The notes under the pieces are model-generated. The model was not told where the DNA came from. It did no database searches and saw nothing but the letters and a program-made list of their open reading frames with translations. From assembly GCA_964626055.1 (NCBI GenBank), contig CAZVDF010000003.1:2848-66847 (forward strand): 64,000 bases of DNA, written 5' to 3'. The DNA comes from an uncultured Leptospirales bacterium (GTDB taxonomy: Bacteria; Spirochaetota; UBA4802; JAFGDQ01). Position 1 is the first letter of the stretch. Every line of letters starts with the position of its first letter. This document shows positions 1 to 8,366 of this stretch, one piece after another. The translations under genes and the position numbers were made by a program.

Positions 1-281
1 AAAATATAATGATCGAGCAGAACTCAAAAAACGCCCTGCAGTCGTTTATCGATTACAAACCGGATGTTGTCTTTATTGATATCGTAATGCCGGGAATGAA
101 CGGAAAGCAGGTATTTGAAGAAATCAAAAAGATAGACAGTAAAATACCTCTTATTTTCATGAGCGGCAAGGTTGATGTAAAAAAAGATGAGCTTACTCAG
201 ATGGGTTCATACGATTTTATTAAGAAACCGTTCAGCCTTAACGATTTTTACAGGATACTCGACAGGATTTCACTACAGTAA
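1..281 (+). CDS. CheY-like response regulator receiver domain protein, 5' end truncated by the window edge
   Basis: The reading frame is open back to position 1. The translation contains VVFIDIVMPGMNG, the conserved region around the phospho-acceptor Asp, followed by the receiver-domain SGK and KP motifs. Only the C-terminal ~90 aa are present. Confidence 0.6.
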   Translation, partial: NIMIEQNSKNALQSFIDYKPDVVFIDIVMPGMNGKQVFEEIKKIDSKIPLIFMSGKVDVKKDELTQMGSYDFIKKPFSLNDFYRILDRISLQ

Positions 282-353
282 GTCCGGGCGCCGATGAATC
301 CGAATACTGCAATGCGCAATTGCTCTTACTGCCAGCTCCGTCCCCGGGGAATT

Positions 354-2996
354 TTACTCGCCTTCACCCCATTCTTCATTTATCTCGAATTCCTTGTTTG
401 TCAGCGCTGCTGATTTAACCGCTGATATTGTACGGTAAACTTTTTCAGGCTTTAATATTTTCCCCTTCACTTTTAAAATATGCTCGTTAATAGAAATGCC
501 GAAAAGTCGTTCGTTTTCCTGAAGATGAGGAAGAATAAGCTTCCAGTCACGGTCGGTAAATGGATGAATCTCACCGCCGTTTAATTGTTCCGGCACTATT
601 TTTTTAAACGGATCGCGGACGAAAATCGCCCCTCCCGAAGCCAGTGAAAACAGGTTTGAACCGGCGTACGGTACATCCTGAGGAATTACATTCCCATCCT
701 TATCAAAGGTAAGTCCGTTAAGTATTACAAATCCCCCTCCGTTGTACGGGTCGCCTGCCATGAACGATTCAGCAAGAAAATCGAGAGCGGTACCGTTTAT
801 AACGACCCTCGGTTTTCCGACCGCGTTGATCAGAGGACGCCCGGCAGCATTGCCGAGAACGTAGACTTCGCCGCCCTTTGCCCCGTACATGAAAGTCTGT
901 CCGATATCTCCGTGAATGACAAGCTTGCCCGACATCATTATCTGGCCGAGCTGATCCTGCGCATTTCCGTGCACGTGTATTTCAAGGCCGTCTATGCCCG
1001 ACGCCAGATAATCCCCGCTGGAACCGTACGAGTCGATGCGCACGCCGTCTGATTTAGGCCCGAAGCCGCATCCCAGAAAGCGCTGGCCTTTCTGGCCGTA
1101 GCACACAAACCGCTTCCACCCAAGGTTGTACGCCCCTGAAATTATTCCCGCAAAAGAATTGTCCCCTTCGGGGTCAAAGCCATTGGCATTTGCAATAAGG
1201 ATTTTTTCCTTCTTCCCAGGAGCGCGCAGCTTCTTGCGTGATTTAAAATCAATCCTGGAATAAATTCCCTTGGGTGCGCCGTTCATTACAGGAACAGCTT
1301 CAAAGATTGAGTCAAGCGCAGTTGAAATCATCTGAAGAACGGAGCGCCTGCTTTTCCGGCCTGTGGAATAGCGTCTGTCCAGCAGGAACGTCAGCATCTT
1401 TATTACCGGTTCTTTCAGGCTTTCTTTCCTGGAAAGACTTACGAGCAGATCGATATAGGCCGATACCTTCTCAAAATCCCATTTTATAATTGTCTGTTTT
1501 ACAGCCGCAAAATGTTTTTCAACTTTTCCCTCAGATAATAATTTCTCAGCATTGTCCCGGATTTTACCGTCAGCTTTTACAGGTGACGGTCTCTTTGAAA
1601 AATCGTAAGGCTTTTTATCTTCAGGCACATCGATACCCCGTCCGAACTTATCGGCGCAGCTGAGTTCCATTTTCCCGGGAGAAGATTCTTTTACCGTAAA
1701 AATAAACGATCCGCCGTCGGTATAGCTGCCTCCCCTCGCGTTCCAGTACCGGTCCGCGACTGTTCCGAAACGCGGATCTTCCTTTGCCAGGCTTTCAAGG
1801 GTCGCGTCTATTGCCTGCTTTTCGGAGCAGATAAGGCCAATTTCGACATCGCCCTTCTGCAATGCAAAAACCTGCGGCCTCAGCATAGCGGTATCCGTGA
1901 TGCCGATCAGCTGGTATTGCCTGTTTTTCACGTCATTGCGCGCAATGATGAAAAACCACGGGCCGTCAGGCGAACCGTGAATATGAGTGCTCTGGATCTG
2001 GCGGTAAATATGCTGTTTTTCCCTGGGCAGTTTGTCGAAGTCCATTTCGCTTGTCGGAGCAAAAGCTTCAATAATGTATTCAAGAGGATAGCCGTAAACC
2101 CTGCTTAAAAGATCGAAGACCTGCACCGAAACTTCGGTATCTGTGAGAAACAGAGGATACACATTACGCTGTTTAAGATATTCTGTTATGGAATAATAAT
2201 TCGCAAAGTCGCCGTTATGGACAAGCGCTTCATCAAGGCCGATGAACGGATGCGCTCCGCCGGGGTGCCACATACGCCCTTTAGTGGGGTACCTCTGATG
2301 TGCGATCCAGATATGAGCATCGAAATTTTCAAGCCTGTAATACTGTGCGACCTGTTCAGCATAACCCACGATCTTGAGAATCATCATATTTCTGCCGTGG
2401 GACAATACGAATGCCTTTTTATCGTTAAGCGAGCTGTAAAGCGCATAGTTCAGTTTAAAGGAATTCTGATATATGAATTCTTCTTCGAGCTTATCGGAAC
2501 CGAGCATCTCCAGTCCGCGCTCTTTTCTGAATGCCGAAAGGACTTCCGGCTTTACACGCACAAAATATCGTTTTACATCCGGAGGTTTAACTTCAAGCCC
2601 TTTGATATCCCTGTAATCATCAATAGTTTCCGCAAAAGCTTCGTGATCTATTCTGAAAAAAGGTTTAATATACCTGGATTCCATTTCACTTACAATCGAT
2701 TTATCGAGCAGCGCGATCTGCAGTAAAAAATCTTCGTCAAGCGTATCCCGGTCGACACCGAGCTTTTCAGGGATGAGGCCGACCGCAGCAAGCCCGCCTC
2801 CTTTCCCGTTCCCGCGGTTATGCATCTGTACCGAAGGTTCAAAGATGTGTTTACCGCTAACGGGAATATTGCATGCAAATCCCGTAACACCGCATCCGCC
2901 TTCTCCTGTTTCCAGCTCTTCCCTTGTGATTTTTTCCGCGTCTTTGCGCAGATGGTAACGGCTGTTTAATATCTCACGTGCAAAATTATTTCTCAT
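354..2996 (-). CDS. Glutamate-synthase-like protein: N-terminal class-II glutamine amidotransferase domain fused to a C-terminal GXGXG (GltS domain-3-like) beta-helix domain
   Basis: 880 aa ORF. The N-terminus has a Cys-containing Ntn-type amidotransferase region (GGCGVTGF, RGNGKGGGLAAV). The C-terminus has repeated G-X-G-X-G stretches (GCGFGP, HVHGNAQDQLGQ, VIHGDIGQTFMYGAKGGEVYVLGNAAGRPL) typical of the GltB C-terminal domain. No FMN (domain-2) region lies between them. Confidence 0.7.
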   Translation of the reverse strand: MRNNFAREILNSRYHLRKDAEKITREELETGEGGCGVTGFACNIPVSGKHIFEPSVQMHNRGNGKGGGLAAVGLIPEKLGVDRDTLDEDFLLQIALLDKSIVSEMESRYIKPFFRIDHEAFAETIDDYRDIKGLEVKPPDVKRYFVRVKPEVLSAFRKERGLEMLGSDKLEEEFIYQNSFKLNYALYSSLNDKKAFVLSHGRNMMILKIVGYAEQVAQYYRLENFDAHIWIAHQRYPTKGRMWHPGGAHPFIGLDEALVHNGDFANYYSITEYLKQRNVYPLFLTDTEVSVQVFDLLSRVYGYPLEYIIEAFAPTSEMDFDKLPREKQHIYRQIQSTHIHGSPDGPWFFIIARNDVKNRQYQLIGITDTAMLRPQVFALQKGDVEIGLICSEKQAIDATLESLAKEDPRFGTVADRYWNARGGSYTDGGSFIFTVKESSPGKMELSCADKFGRGIDVPEDKKPYDFSKRPSPVKADGKIRDNAEKLLSEGKVEKHFAAVKQTIIKWDFEKVSAYIDLLVSLSRKESLKEPVIKMLTFLLDRRYSTGRKSRRSVLQMISTALDSIFEAVPVMNGAPKGIYSRIDFKSRKKLRAPGKKEKILIANANGFDPEGDNSFAGIISGAYNLGWKRFVCYGQKGQRFLGCGFGPKSDGVRIDSYGSSGDYLASGIDGLEIHVHGNAQDQLGQIMMSGKLVIHGDIGQTFMYGAKGGEVYVLGNAAGRPLINAVGKPRVVINGTALDFLAESFMAGDPYNGGGFVILNGLTFDKDGNVIPQDVPYAGSNLFSLASGGAIFVRDPFKKIVPEQLNGGEIHPFTDRDWKLILPHLQENERLFGISINEHILKVKGKILKPEKVYRTISAVKSAALTNKEFEINEEWGEGE

Positions 2997-3047
2997 TCTA
3001 AAACCTCATTATAGCAGCGGGCAGATAATTTTTTTCCGCTCGTAATA

Positions 3048-4592
3048 TCATAATTCCAGTTCCCCGTCCAGTTTACGGTTTTGTATATAATCAATATGCG
3101 CGATAAGATCCATGCGCCCTGTCAGTTCAGTTACGCTTTTCAGCTCCAGACGTTTCAGTATGCGTATAAGCTCATTGCGCCACGCAGTATACATATTTGT
3201 TATGCGCTGTACAGCCCATTCCATGCTCATCAATCCGGTCAGTTCGTCATCGGTTGTAGCAATGCCGCGCGCGCAGCCCCTTCCCGATTCGCAGTGATGG
3301 CAGCGGATGCATTCAAGCGCGACAAGGTCGGCAGTGCCTATGCAGATCCCGTCTGCTCCCATTGCTATTGCTTTTGCCATGTCATAGGGAGAACGTATCC
3401 CGCCGCTTGCAATAACCGTTATTTTATTTCTTATGCCTTCAGCGACGAGAAATTTATGCACTTTTGGAATTGCATACTCTATCGGCATTGCGATATTCTT
3501 CTTTGCAATTTCAGGAGCCGCACCGGTACCGCCGTAGCTTCCGTCAAGATGGACAATATGCGCCCCTGCATAGTATGCCCCGACAGCGACCATATCGACA
3601 TCAGTCGGGGTTGATACCTTTATCGAAACAAGCGTTTTCGGATTAATTTCCTTGATCCAGTCGACGTGCTTTTTATGGTCTTCTACAGAGTACACGCTGT
3701 GAAACGGGAACGGAGAAAAAAGCGCGGTTCCCGGAACAGCCTGTCTCATTGCAGCAACCCGCGGAGTAACCTTGTCTCCAAGCAGATGGCCCCCAAGTCC
3801 GGGCTTTGCCCCCTGCGCGTATTTGAATTCCACAATGCGGACGCGTTTAATGGTTTCCTCTTTGACGCCAAAAAGCCCGGTAGCAACCTGTGTAATTATA
3901 TGATCATCATATGGTATCAGCTCTTCCGGATATCCTCCCTCACCTGTGCAGCAGAACGTGCCCAGCTTTGTTGCCGCGCGGACGCGCGACAGCATGGTAA
4001 CAATGCTTACGGAACCGAACGACATTCCTCCGAGATAGATCGGGATCGGGATGGTTACTCTGGGACGCGAATCCTCCGAATGGTTAAGGTCGATGGCAGT
4101 CGAAATTTCATCAGAAGTTAAATTTACGTCCTTAGAATCTTCTTTGATATCCTGATTGCTGCTTTTTGGGAATATGATGCCGATCTTATCGAATCCTCCG
4201 CCTGAATTACCGGTTCTGTAATTAAGATGTTCCGGCGCCTTGCCCGTGTCTGCCATATGCCAGGTTGCAGCCAGAAGCTCACCCGGCCAGCGCCTGTCGC
4301 CAAGCACCTCAAAAGAAGGATTTGATCTTAGTGAGATCGCTTTCTCGGGACATTTATCCACGCAATAAAAATCGTTTTTACCGCAATCGAAACCAATGCA
4401 AAGATGATCCGATATAGTCTTCGGTCTTTTCATCCCCGGTTTGTAAACGCCGTACGGGCAAAGATCAATACACTTTCCGCAGTTCGTACATGCCTTGCTT
4501 ATGCTGATGCGGTATTTTCCAAGAGCATTACGGAACCGGCTGGGTACTTCTTTAACTTCCGGGAAAACAAATGTGTCATTATTTTTTGCCAT
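3048..4592 (-). CDS. Glutamate synthase FMN-binding (domain-2-like) protein with N-terminal 2x[4Fe-4S] ferredoxin motifs
   Basis: CTNCGKCIDLCP and CxxxxCxxxC motifs at the N-terminus. The core carries GltS FMN-domain motifs (FKYAQGAKPGLGGHLLGDKV, IASGGIRSPYDMAKAIAMGADG). The C-terminus has the C-x-C-HHC-x-GRGC Fe-S region. It overlaps the upstream gene by 14 bp, suggesting translational coupling. Confidence 0.75.
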   Translation of the reverse strand: MAKNNDTFVFPEVKEVPSRFRNALGKYRISISKACTNCGKCIDLCPYGVYKPGMKRPKTISDHLCIGFDCGKNDFYCVDKCPEKAISLRSNPSFEVLGDRRWPGELLAATWHMADTGKAPEHLNYRTGNSGGGFDKIGIIFPKSSNQDIKEDSKDVNLTSDEISTAIDLNHSEDSRPRVTIPIPIYLGGMSFGSVSIVTMLSRVRAATKLGTFCCTGEGGYPEELIPYDDHIITQVATGLFGVKEETIKRVRIVEFKYAQGAKPGLGGHLLGDKVTPRVAAMRQAVPGTALFSPFPFHSVYSVEDHKKHVDWIKEINPKTLVSIKVSTPTDVDMVAVGAYYAGAHIVHLDGSYGGTGAAPEIAKKNIAMPIEYAIPKVHKFLVAEGIRNKITVIASGGIRSPYDMAKAIAMGADGICIGTADLVALECIRCHHCESGRGCARGIATTDDELTGLMSMEWAVQRITNMYTAWRNELIRILKRLELKSVTELTGRMDLIAHIDYIQNRKLDGELEL

Positions 4593-5979
4593 TAACCAAC
4601 CCCTTTATTCCCATTCCGGAAAATGTTTCTCTTTCAAGATCCTCAAAAAACATCGCCCTGCCCATTTCCCCGCGCATGCGGCGTATCTCGCGAATACCCA
4701 TTGCTCCCATTACTTCAAGAAGCTGATTATACCAGCCTGATATCAGGTTCCTGATGCGCGAAGCTCCCCAGGACGGGTCAACGCTTTCAAGATCGACAGG
4801 GCATGGTATCCCTTCCTTGCAACGCCTGCAAACCCTGCATTCCATTGCGACAAGCAGAGGTATGTCAATAGCCACGGCATCCGTTCCGCAGATGACAAGC
4901 TTTGCAACATGCTCTGCCATTGCTATGCCGCCCGAACCTATCAGGGTGATCTCATCTCTGAGGCCTTCTTCAATAAGATGCGAATGTACCTGCTTTATCC
5001 TGTCTTTGATAAAAAGCGGATCCGCATCCTTTCCTGATCCGAACTCATTTGCAGTAAGATGGATGACTTCCGCTCCTTCCTGCGCAAGGGCAACAGCGCG
5101 TACAGAGGCATCGCGGTTCAGTCTTAATCTGATAAATATTACAAGTTTTGGATTTATTTTCTTTAATCTGTGCTGTGCCGTCATTACATCGGCGCTGTCC
5201 GGCAGTTCAATTATCTTTAAACGTTTAACCAGTCCCGGATCCAGTTTGGAAATATCTTCATCTGCGAATAAAATCACTCTGGATAAATACTTATCTATTT
5301 CAGGGAACATGCCGGACTGATTTATTACTGCGAATGTTCCCATTTTTTTTGCTGCCTGAAGAATTGCAAGAGTGATCCCTTTCCCCGGAGGAGACCAGGG
5401 CAGAACGTCAAAAATAACAGGAAGAGGAATTTCAACAACCGGTGAAGGGGCGGTAAGAAGCTTTCCATTTGCATTGAATTCCAGGGACATCGGCTTTCTA
5501 CCGAGATCCACCGTAGTACTGATATATTCCCGACCGTGTATACCGTCCCGCGTAGGACGAACGATCTCGGACATGTCAGTCCACATTGAATCGAAACCCG
5601 GACCCGAGAAAGGCCCCCCATAACCTCCGCCCGAAACAGGCACTTTCCCGTTCTCCGCCTGGCTCCAGATATTCGCTATTACTTCAGGAGTCCAGTATTG
5701 ATCTCCAAGTGCTTTATATTGCGGATTAATTGATTTCTGGATAAGACGGTTAGGGCAGTTCTGAACGCACCTGAAACAATCCATGCAAACCGTGTCCAGT
5801 GAATCCAGCATTTGCCGGGCATCCAGATTTCGTTTCTCGTATACTTTATAAACACAGTCTTTCTTGACACAGCGCGCGCATTTAAGGCAGCCCTCCTCCC
5901 ATGCTATTACACCCGCTTTGGTAATTGCCTTGAATCTTGCCGGAGTAGGAGATGTCGGAATATGGTATTTTAAAGCCAT
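4579..5979 (-). CDS. Second, paralogous glutamate synthase FMN-domain-like protein with N-terminal ferredoxin motifs
   Basis: CLKCARCVKKDC and CMDCFRCVQNCP motifs are followed by a GltS FMN-domain-like core (LIGSGGIAMAEHVAKLVICGTDAVAIDIPLL, CRVCRRCKEGIPC). I moved the start from the ORF-track 6060 to the internal ATG at 5979 (MALKYHIP...) because a perfect AGGAGG sits 7 nt upstream and this removes a 71 bp overlap with metF. Confidence 0.7.
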   Translation of the reverse strand: MALKYHIPTSPTPARFKAITKAGVIAWEEGCLKCARCVKKDCVYKVYEKRNLDARQMLDSLDTVCMDCFRCVQNCPNRLIQKSINPQYKALGDQYWTPEVIANIWSQAENGKVPVSGGGYGGPFSGPGFDSMWTDMSEIVRPTRDGIHGREYISTTVDLGRKPMSLEFNANGKLLTAPSPVVEIPLPVIFDVLPWSPPGKGITLAILQAAKKMGTFAVINQSGMFPEIDKYLSRVILFADEDISKLDPGLVKRLKIIELPDSADVMTAQHRLKKINPKLVIFIRLRLNRDASVRAVALAQEGAEVIHLTANEFGSGKDADPLFIKDRIKQVHSHLIEEGLRDEITLIGSGGIAMAEHVAKLVICGTDAVAIDIPLLVAMECRVCRRCKEGIPCPVDLESVDPSWGASRIRNLISGWYNQLLEVMGAMGIREIRRMRGEMGRAMFFEDLERETFSGMGIKGLVNGKK

Positions 5980-5989
5980 CAATAGCCTC

Positions 5990-6913
5990 CTATCGGATCT
6001 CAGGTCTCGGGAATAGCCCCGCTTCCTTGACAATTTCCGGTACAGCTTCTTCCCATTCAATAGCCATAATGTGAACGCCGTTTACGCCATTAATTTTTTT
6101 TAACTCTTTTATTGTCTCAACAGCTATTTTTATTCCTTCTTTACGCTGATCTTCAGCAGGCACCGATTTCATTCTTTCTATGATCTCCGCAGGCACGTCC
6201 ATGCCTGCAACGTTCTTGCTCATATATTCAGCCATGCGCGCGGATTTGATAGGTGTAACTCCGCCCAGAATATATACTTTCTTATGAAGACCGCGCGCTC
6301 TCACTTCTTCCATCCATTCTTTAAAACGCCTGATATTATAAATGCACTGTGTCTGGATAAATTCCGCACCTGCAGCGATTTTCTTGGCAAGTCGCGCAGC
6401 CCTGTAGTTCAGGGGATCGGCAAACGGATTTTCCGCGGCTCCTATAAAAAGATCCGGCGCCTGTGTAAGCTTGTCCCCTCCGAGAATTATTCCTTTGTCT
6501 CTCATTGTCCTGACCATCTGAATCAGCTGTATGGAATCCACGTCAAATACTCCCTTTGCCTGCGGCTGGTTCCCGAAACTCTGGTGATCCCCGGTTAAAC
6601 ATAGAATATTATTAATACCGAGAGCCGAAGCGCCGAGAATATCGGACTGGAGCGCTATGCGGTTGCGGTCGCGTGTTACCATCTGAAGAACCGGATCCAC
6701 TTCTTCATTTTTAAGAAGCACGCATGAAGCCATGCTCGAAAGCCGGACAACGGCTGTCTGGTTGTCTGTCACATTTACGCTGTCGACGAACTCTTTCAGC
6801 AGTTTCCCTTTATTCTGAACGGCTTTGGGATCCGCACCCTTCGGCGGGCCGCATTCGGAGGTTACTGCAAAATGGCCTTTTTCCAGTATTTTCTTAAGCC
6901 GGCTTTCTGTCAT
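5990..6913 (-). CDS. metF: 5,10-methylenetetrahydrofolate reductase
   Basis: 307 aa with MTHFR family motifs: FAVTSECGPP (FEFFPP-like), CLTGD, GAAENPFADP, AGAEFIQTQCIYN and ILGGVTPI. The size and architecture match the small acetogen/anaerobe type MetF. Confidence 0.8.
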   Translation of the reverse strand: MTESRLKKILEKGHFAVTSECGPPKGADPKAVQNKGKLLKEFVDSVNVTDNQTAVVRLSSMASCVLLKNEEVDPVLQMVTRDRNRIALQSDILGASALGINNILCLTGDHQSFGNQPQAKGVFDVDSIQLIQMVRTMRDKGIILGGDKLTQAPDLFIGAAENPFADPLNYRAARLAKKIAAGAEFIQTQCIYNIRRFKEWMEEVRARGLHKKVYILGGVTPIKSARMAEYMSKNVAGMDVPAEIIERMKSVPAEDQRKEGIKIAVETIKELKKINGVNGVHIMAIEWEEAVPEIVKEAGLFPRPEIR

Positions 6914-7578
6914 ATTCTTTGATCCTCTCTTATGATTTTTCTAGGTCCTTTGCCGATCTGCTTCGACCAGTCCACAGGCTCATATATCTTTTCCAGATTA
7001 CCGAGCTCTCCCTTTTCTTCAAGCCGTGTGATAATCAGGTCCCATGCACAGGGCACATCCGGATCTACTTCGCATTTGCCGTCCTTTGATCCTCCGCATG
7101 GCCCGTTGAAAAGGCTCTTTGAACAGCGGGTCACCGGACAGACGGCGGCAAAACTCCCAAGCTTGCAGTCTCCGCATGCCCTGCAGTTTTCCATCCAAAG
7201 TCCCGATTCTTTTGTCTGCCCTATAAAAGTAGTATTCAGGGCAGGCAGAATAATCGCTTTTGTGTATACATCGGCAACCGCCTGGACACCCGCGCCGCAT
7301 CCAAGCGAAAGTACTGCGTCATAATTTTCAATAACGCCAGTAAGCTGGTCGATAAATTCATAAACGCATTGCCGGTCAATGGTCATTTCTTTGATTTCAA
7401 TTTCATGTTTTTTATTTTTCGCTTCAATCCTTAATGCCGAAGCCAGTAATCCGACTTCCTTCTCGCCTCCGGCCGCGCATTCCGCAACGCATGATCCGCA
7501 GCCCAGAATGAGAATTTTTTTAAATGGAGCGATCATCCCCCTGATCTCTTCCATGGGTTTTCTTTCGGCAGTAATCAT
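6910..7578 (-). CDS. metV: MetV-like Cys-rich protein (methylene-THF reductase C-terminal-domain family)
   Basis: 222 aa with the hallmark NGPCGG motif and multiple Cys clusters (CGSC..EC, CRACGDC, CPVTRC, CEVDPDVPC). It overlaps metF by 4 bp, so the two are translationally coupled. Confidence 0.7.
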   Translation of the reverse strand: MITAERKPMEEIRGMIAPFKKILILGCGSCVAECAAGGEKEVGLLASALRIEAKNKKHEIEIKEMTIDRQCVYEFIDQLTGVIENYDAVLSLGCGAGVQAVADVYTKAIILPALNTTFIGQTKESGLWMENCRACGDCKLGSFAAVCPVTRCSKSLFNGPCGGSKDGKCEVDPDVPCAWDLIITRLEEKGELGNLEKIYEPVDWSKQIGKGPRKIIREDQRI

Positions 7579-7670
7579 TACTTTACTCCTCGTAGTATCT
7601 TAATATTTTAAGCATGCAATAGCAGCAAATTATAACTGATTCAGATTTTCAGTATTCCTGATTAACTTTT

Positions 7671-8048
7671 TTATACGATCAATTCATCCACAATTTTATC
7701 GATCGTTGTTTCCGTCCCGGGCTTAAGATGGATAAGTTCCAGTGCTTCGCGTTTAATCCCTATTTCTTCCGCGAGCTTCTGCGTATAAAGCAGCCGTTTT
7801 TTTGCCCGTACATTGCCTTCCCTGTAACGGCAGGCTCCTTCAGGACATGTGAGGACATACACATGATCCGCCCCCGATTCCAGCGCTCTCATAAGATGCA
7901 GGGGTTCAATGCGTCCGCTGCAGGGGATCGGGAAAAACCTGATCCGGGAACCATATTCCTTTTCAATAGATCTCCGGTTTATATCCTGATCCTTATCGAT
8001 CTGCTGGCAGAAGAAAATCGCGATATTATTCGAATTTATTTTTTTCAT
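7671..8048 (-). CDS. MvhD/FlpD-like iron-sulfur protein (methyl-viologen-reducing hydrogenase delta-subunit family)
   Basis: 125 aa with CSGRIEP...GADHVYVLTCPEGACRYREGN, matching the FlpD/MvhD Cys pattern. It is the first gene of the metVF-glt-like operon. Confidence 0.65.
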   Translation of the reverse strand: MKKINSNNIAIFFCQQIDKDQDINRRSIEKEYGSRIRFFPIPCSGRIEPLHLMRALESGADHVYVLTCPEGACRYREGNVRAKKRLLYTQKLAEEIGIKREALELIHLKPGTETTIDKIVDELIV

Positions 8049-8100
8049 GATTTGCCGTTTATATATAAAATTGTAATTTAAAAAAATTTAGCTCTTTCCG

Positions 8101-8118
8101 GCATTTCTAGAGAAATGC
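8101..8118. promoter_or_regulatory. Inverted repeat GCATTTCT-AG-AGAAATGC about 50 bp upstream of the mvhD-like start; candidate operator or activator site
   Basis: Perfect 8 bp arms with a 2 nt spacer, read directly from the sequence. On the minus strand it sits just upstream of an A/T-rich -35/-10-like region (TTTAAATTACAATTTTATATATAA) that precedes the ATG at 8048. Confidence 0.3.
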
Positions 8119-8127
8119 CATTTCTCA

Positions 8128-8366
8128 CCCCCCTATCCCCCGGAGGGGGCACCATCGCTGAAACTTCAGTAAATTCTAAATAGTAATTCGGGATTATTAT
8201 TTCTGTATTTATCATCGGTTTTCTATATTATTTATAATCTATTATCACTTTTATCATTTATCAATCCTTTCTTATTGATAAATGCCAAGAGACTGTAAAT
8301 TTTAAAAAAGCATTTAAACTCTATGGCACTATCCAAGTCGGTACCCCCTCCGGGGGATAGGGGGCT
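8128..8366. mobile_element. MITE-like element: ~25 bp GC-rich terminal inverted repeats flanking ~190 bp of AT-rich DNA
   Basis: The left end is CCCCCCTATCCCCCGGAGGGGGCACC (8128-8153). The right end is GGTACCCCCTCCGGGGGATAGGGGGCT (8340-8366), its reverse complement with one mismatch. Each end is itself a hairpin. The same repeat family recurs at 19.6, 43.9, 44.05, 44.15 and 46.3-46.4 kb. Confidence 0.45.

Noticed and set aside
3081-4121. Several 60-180 aa + strand ORFs inside the glutamate-synthase-like genes (3081-3614, 3666-4121 and others)
   Set aside because: They are embedded antisense in well-supported minus-strand genes and have no motifs. They are shadow ORFs typical of this GC and codon usage.
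5990-6060. 71 bp overlap between metF and the downstream GltS FMN-domain gene as given in the ORF track
   Set aside because: It resolves by using the internal ATG at 5979, which has a perfect AGGAGG 7 nt upstream. The longer N-terminus (MNGKKLYRKLSRKRGYSRDL...) is basic junk with no homology.
8101-8130. Sigma-54 promoter overlapping the palindrome upstream of the mvhD-like gene
   Set aside because: TGGCAT is present on the minus strand, but the GG-to-GC spacing is 17 nt rather than 10 and no TTGC -12 element follows.
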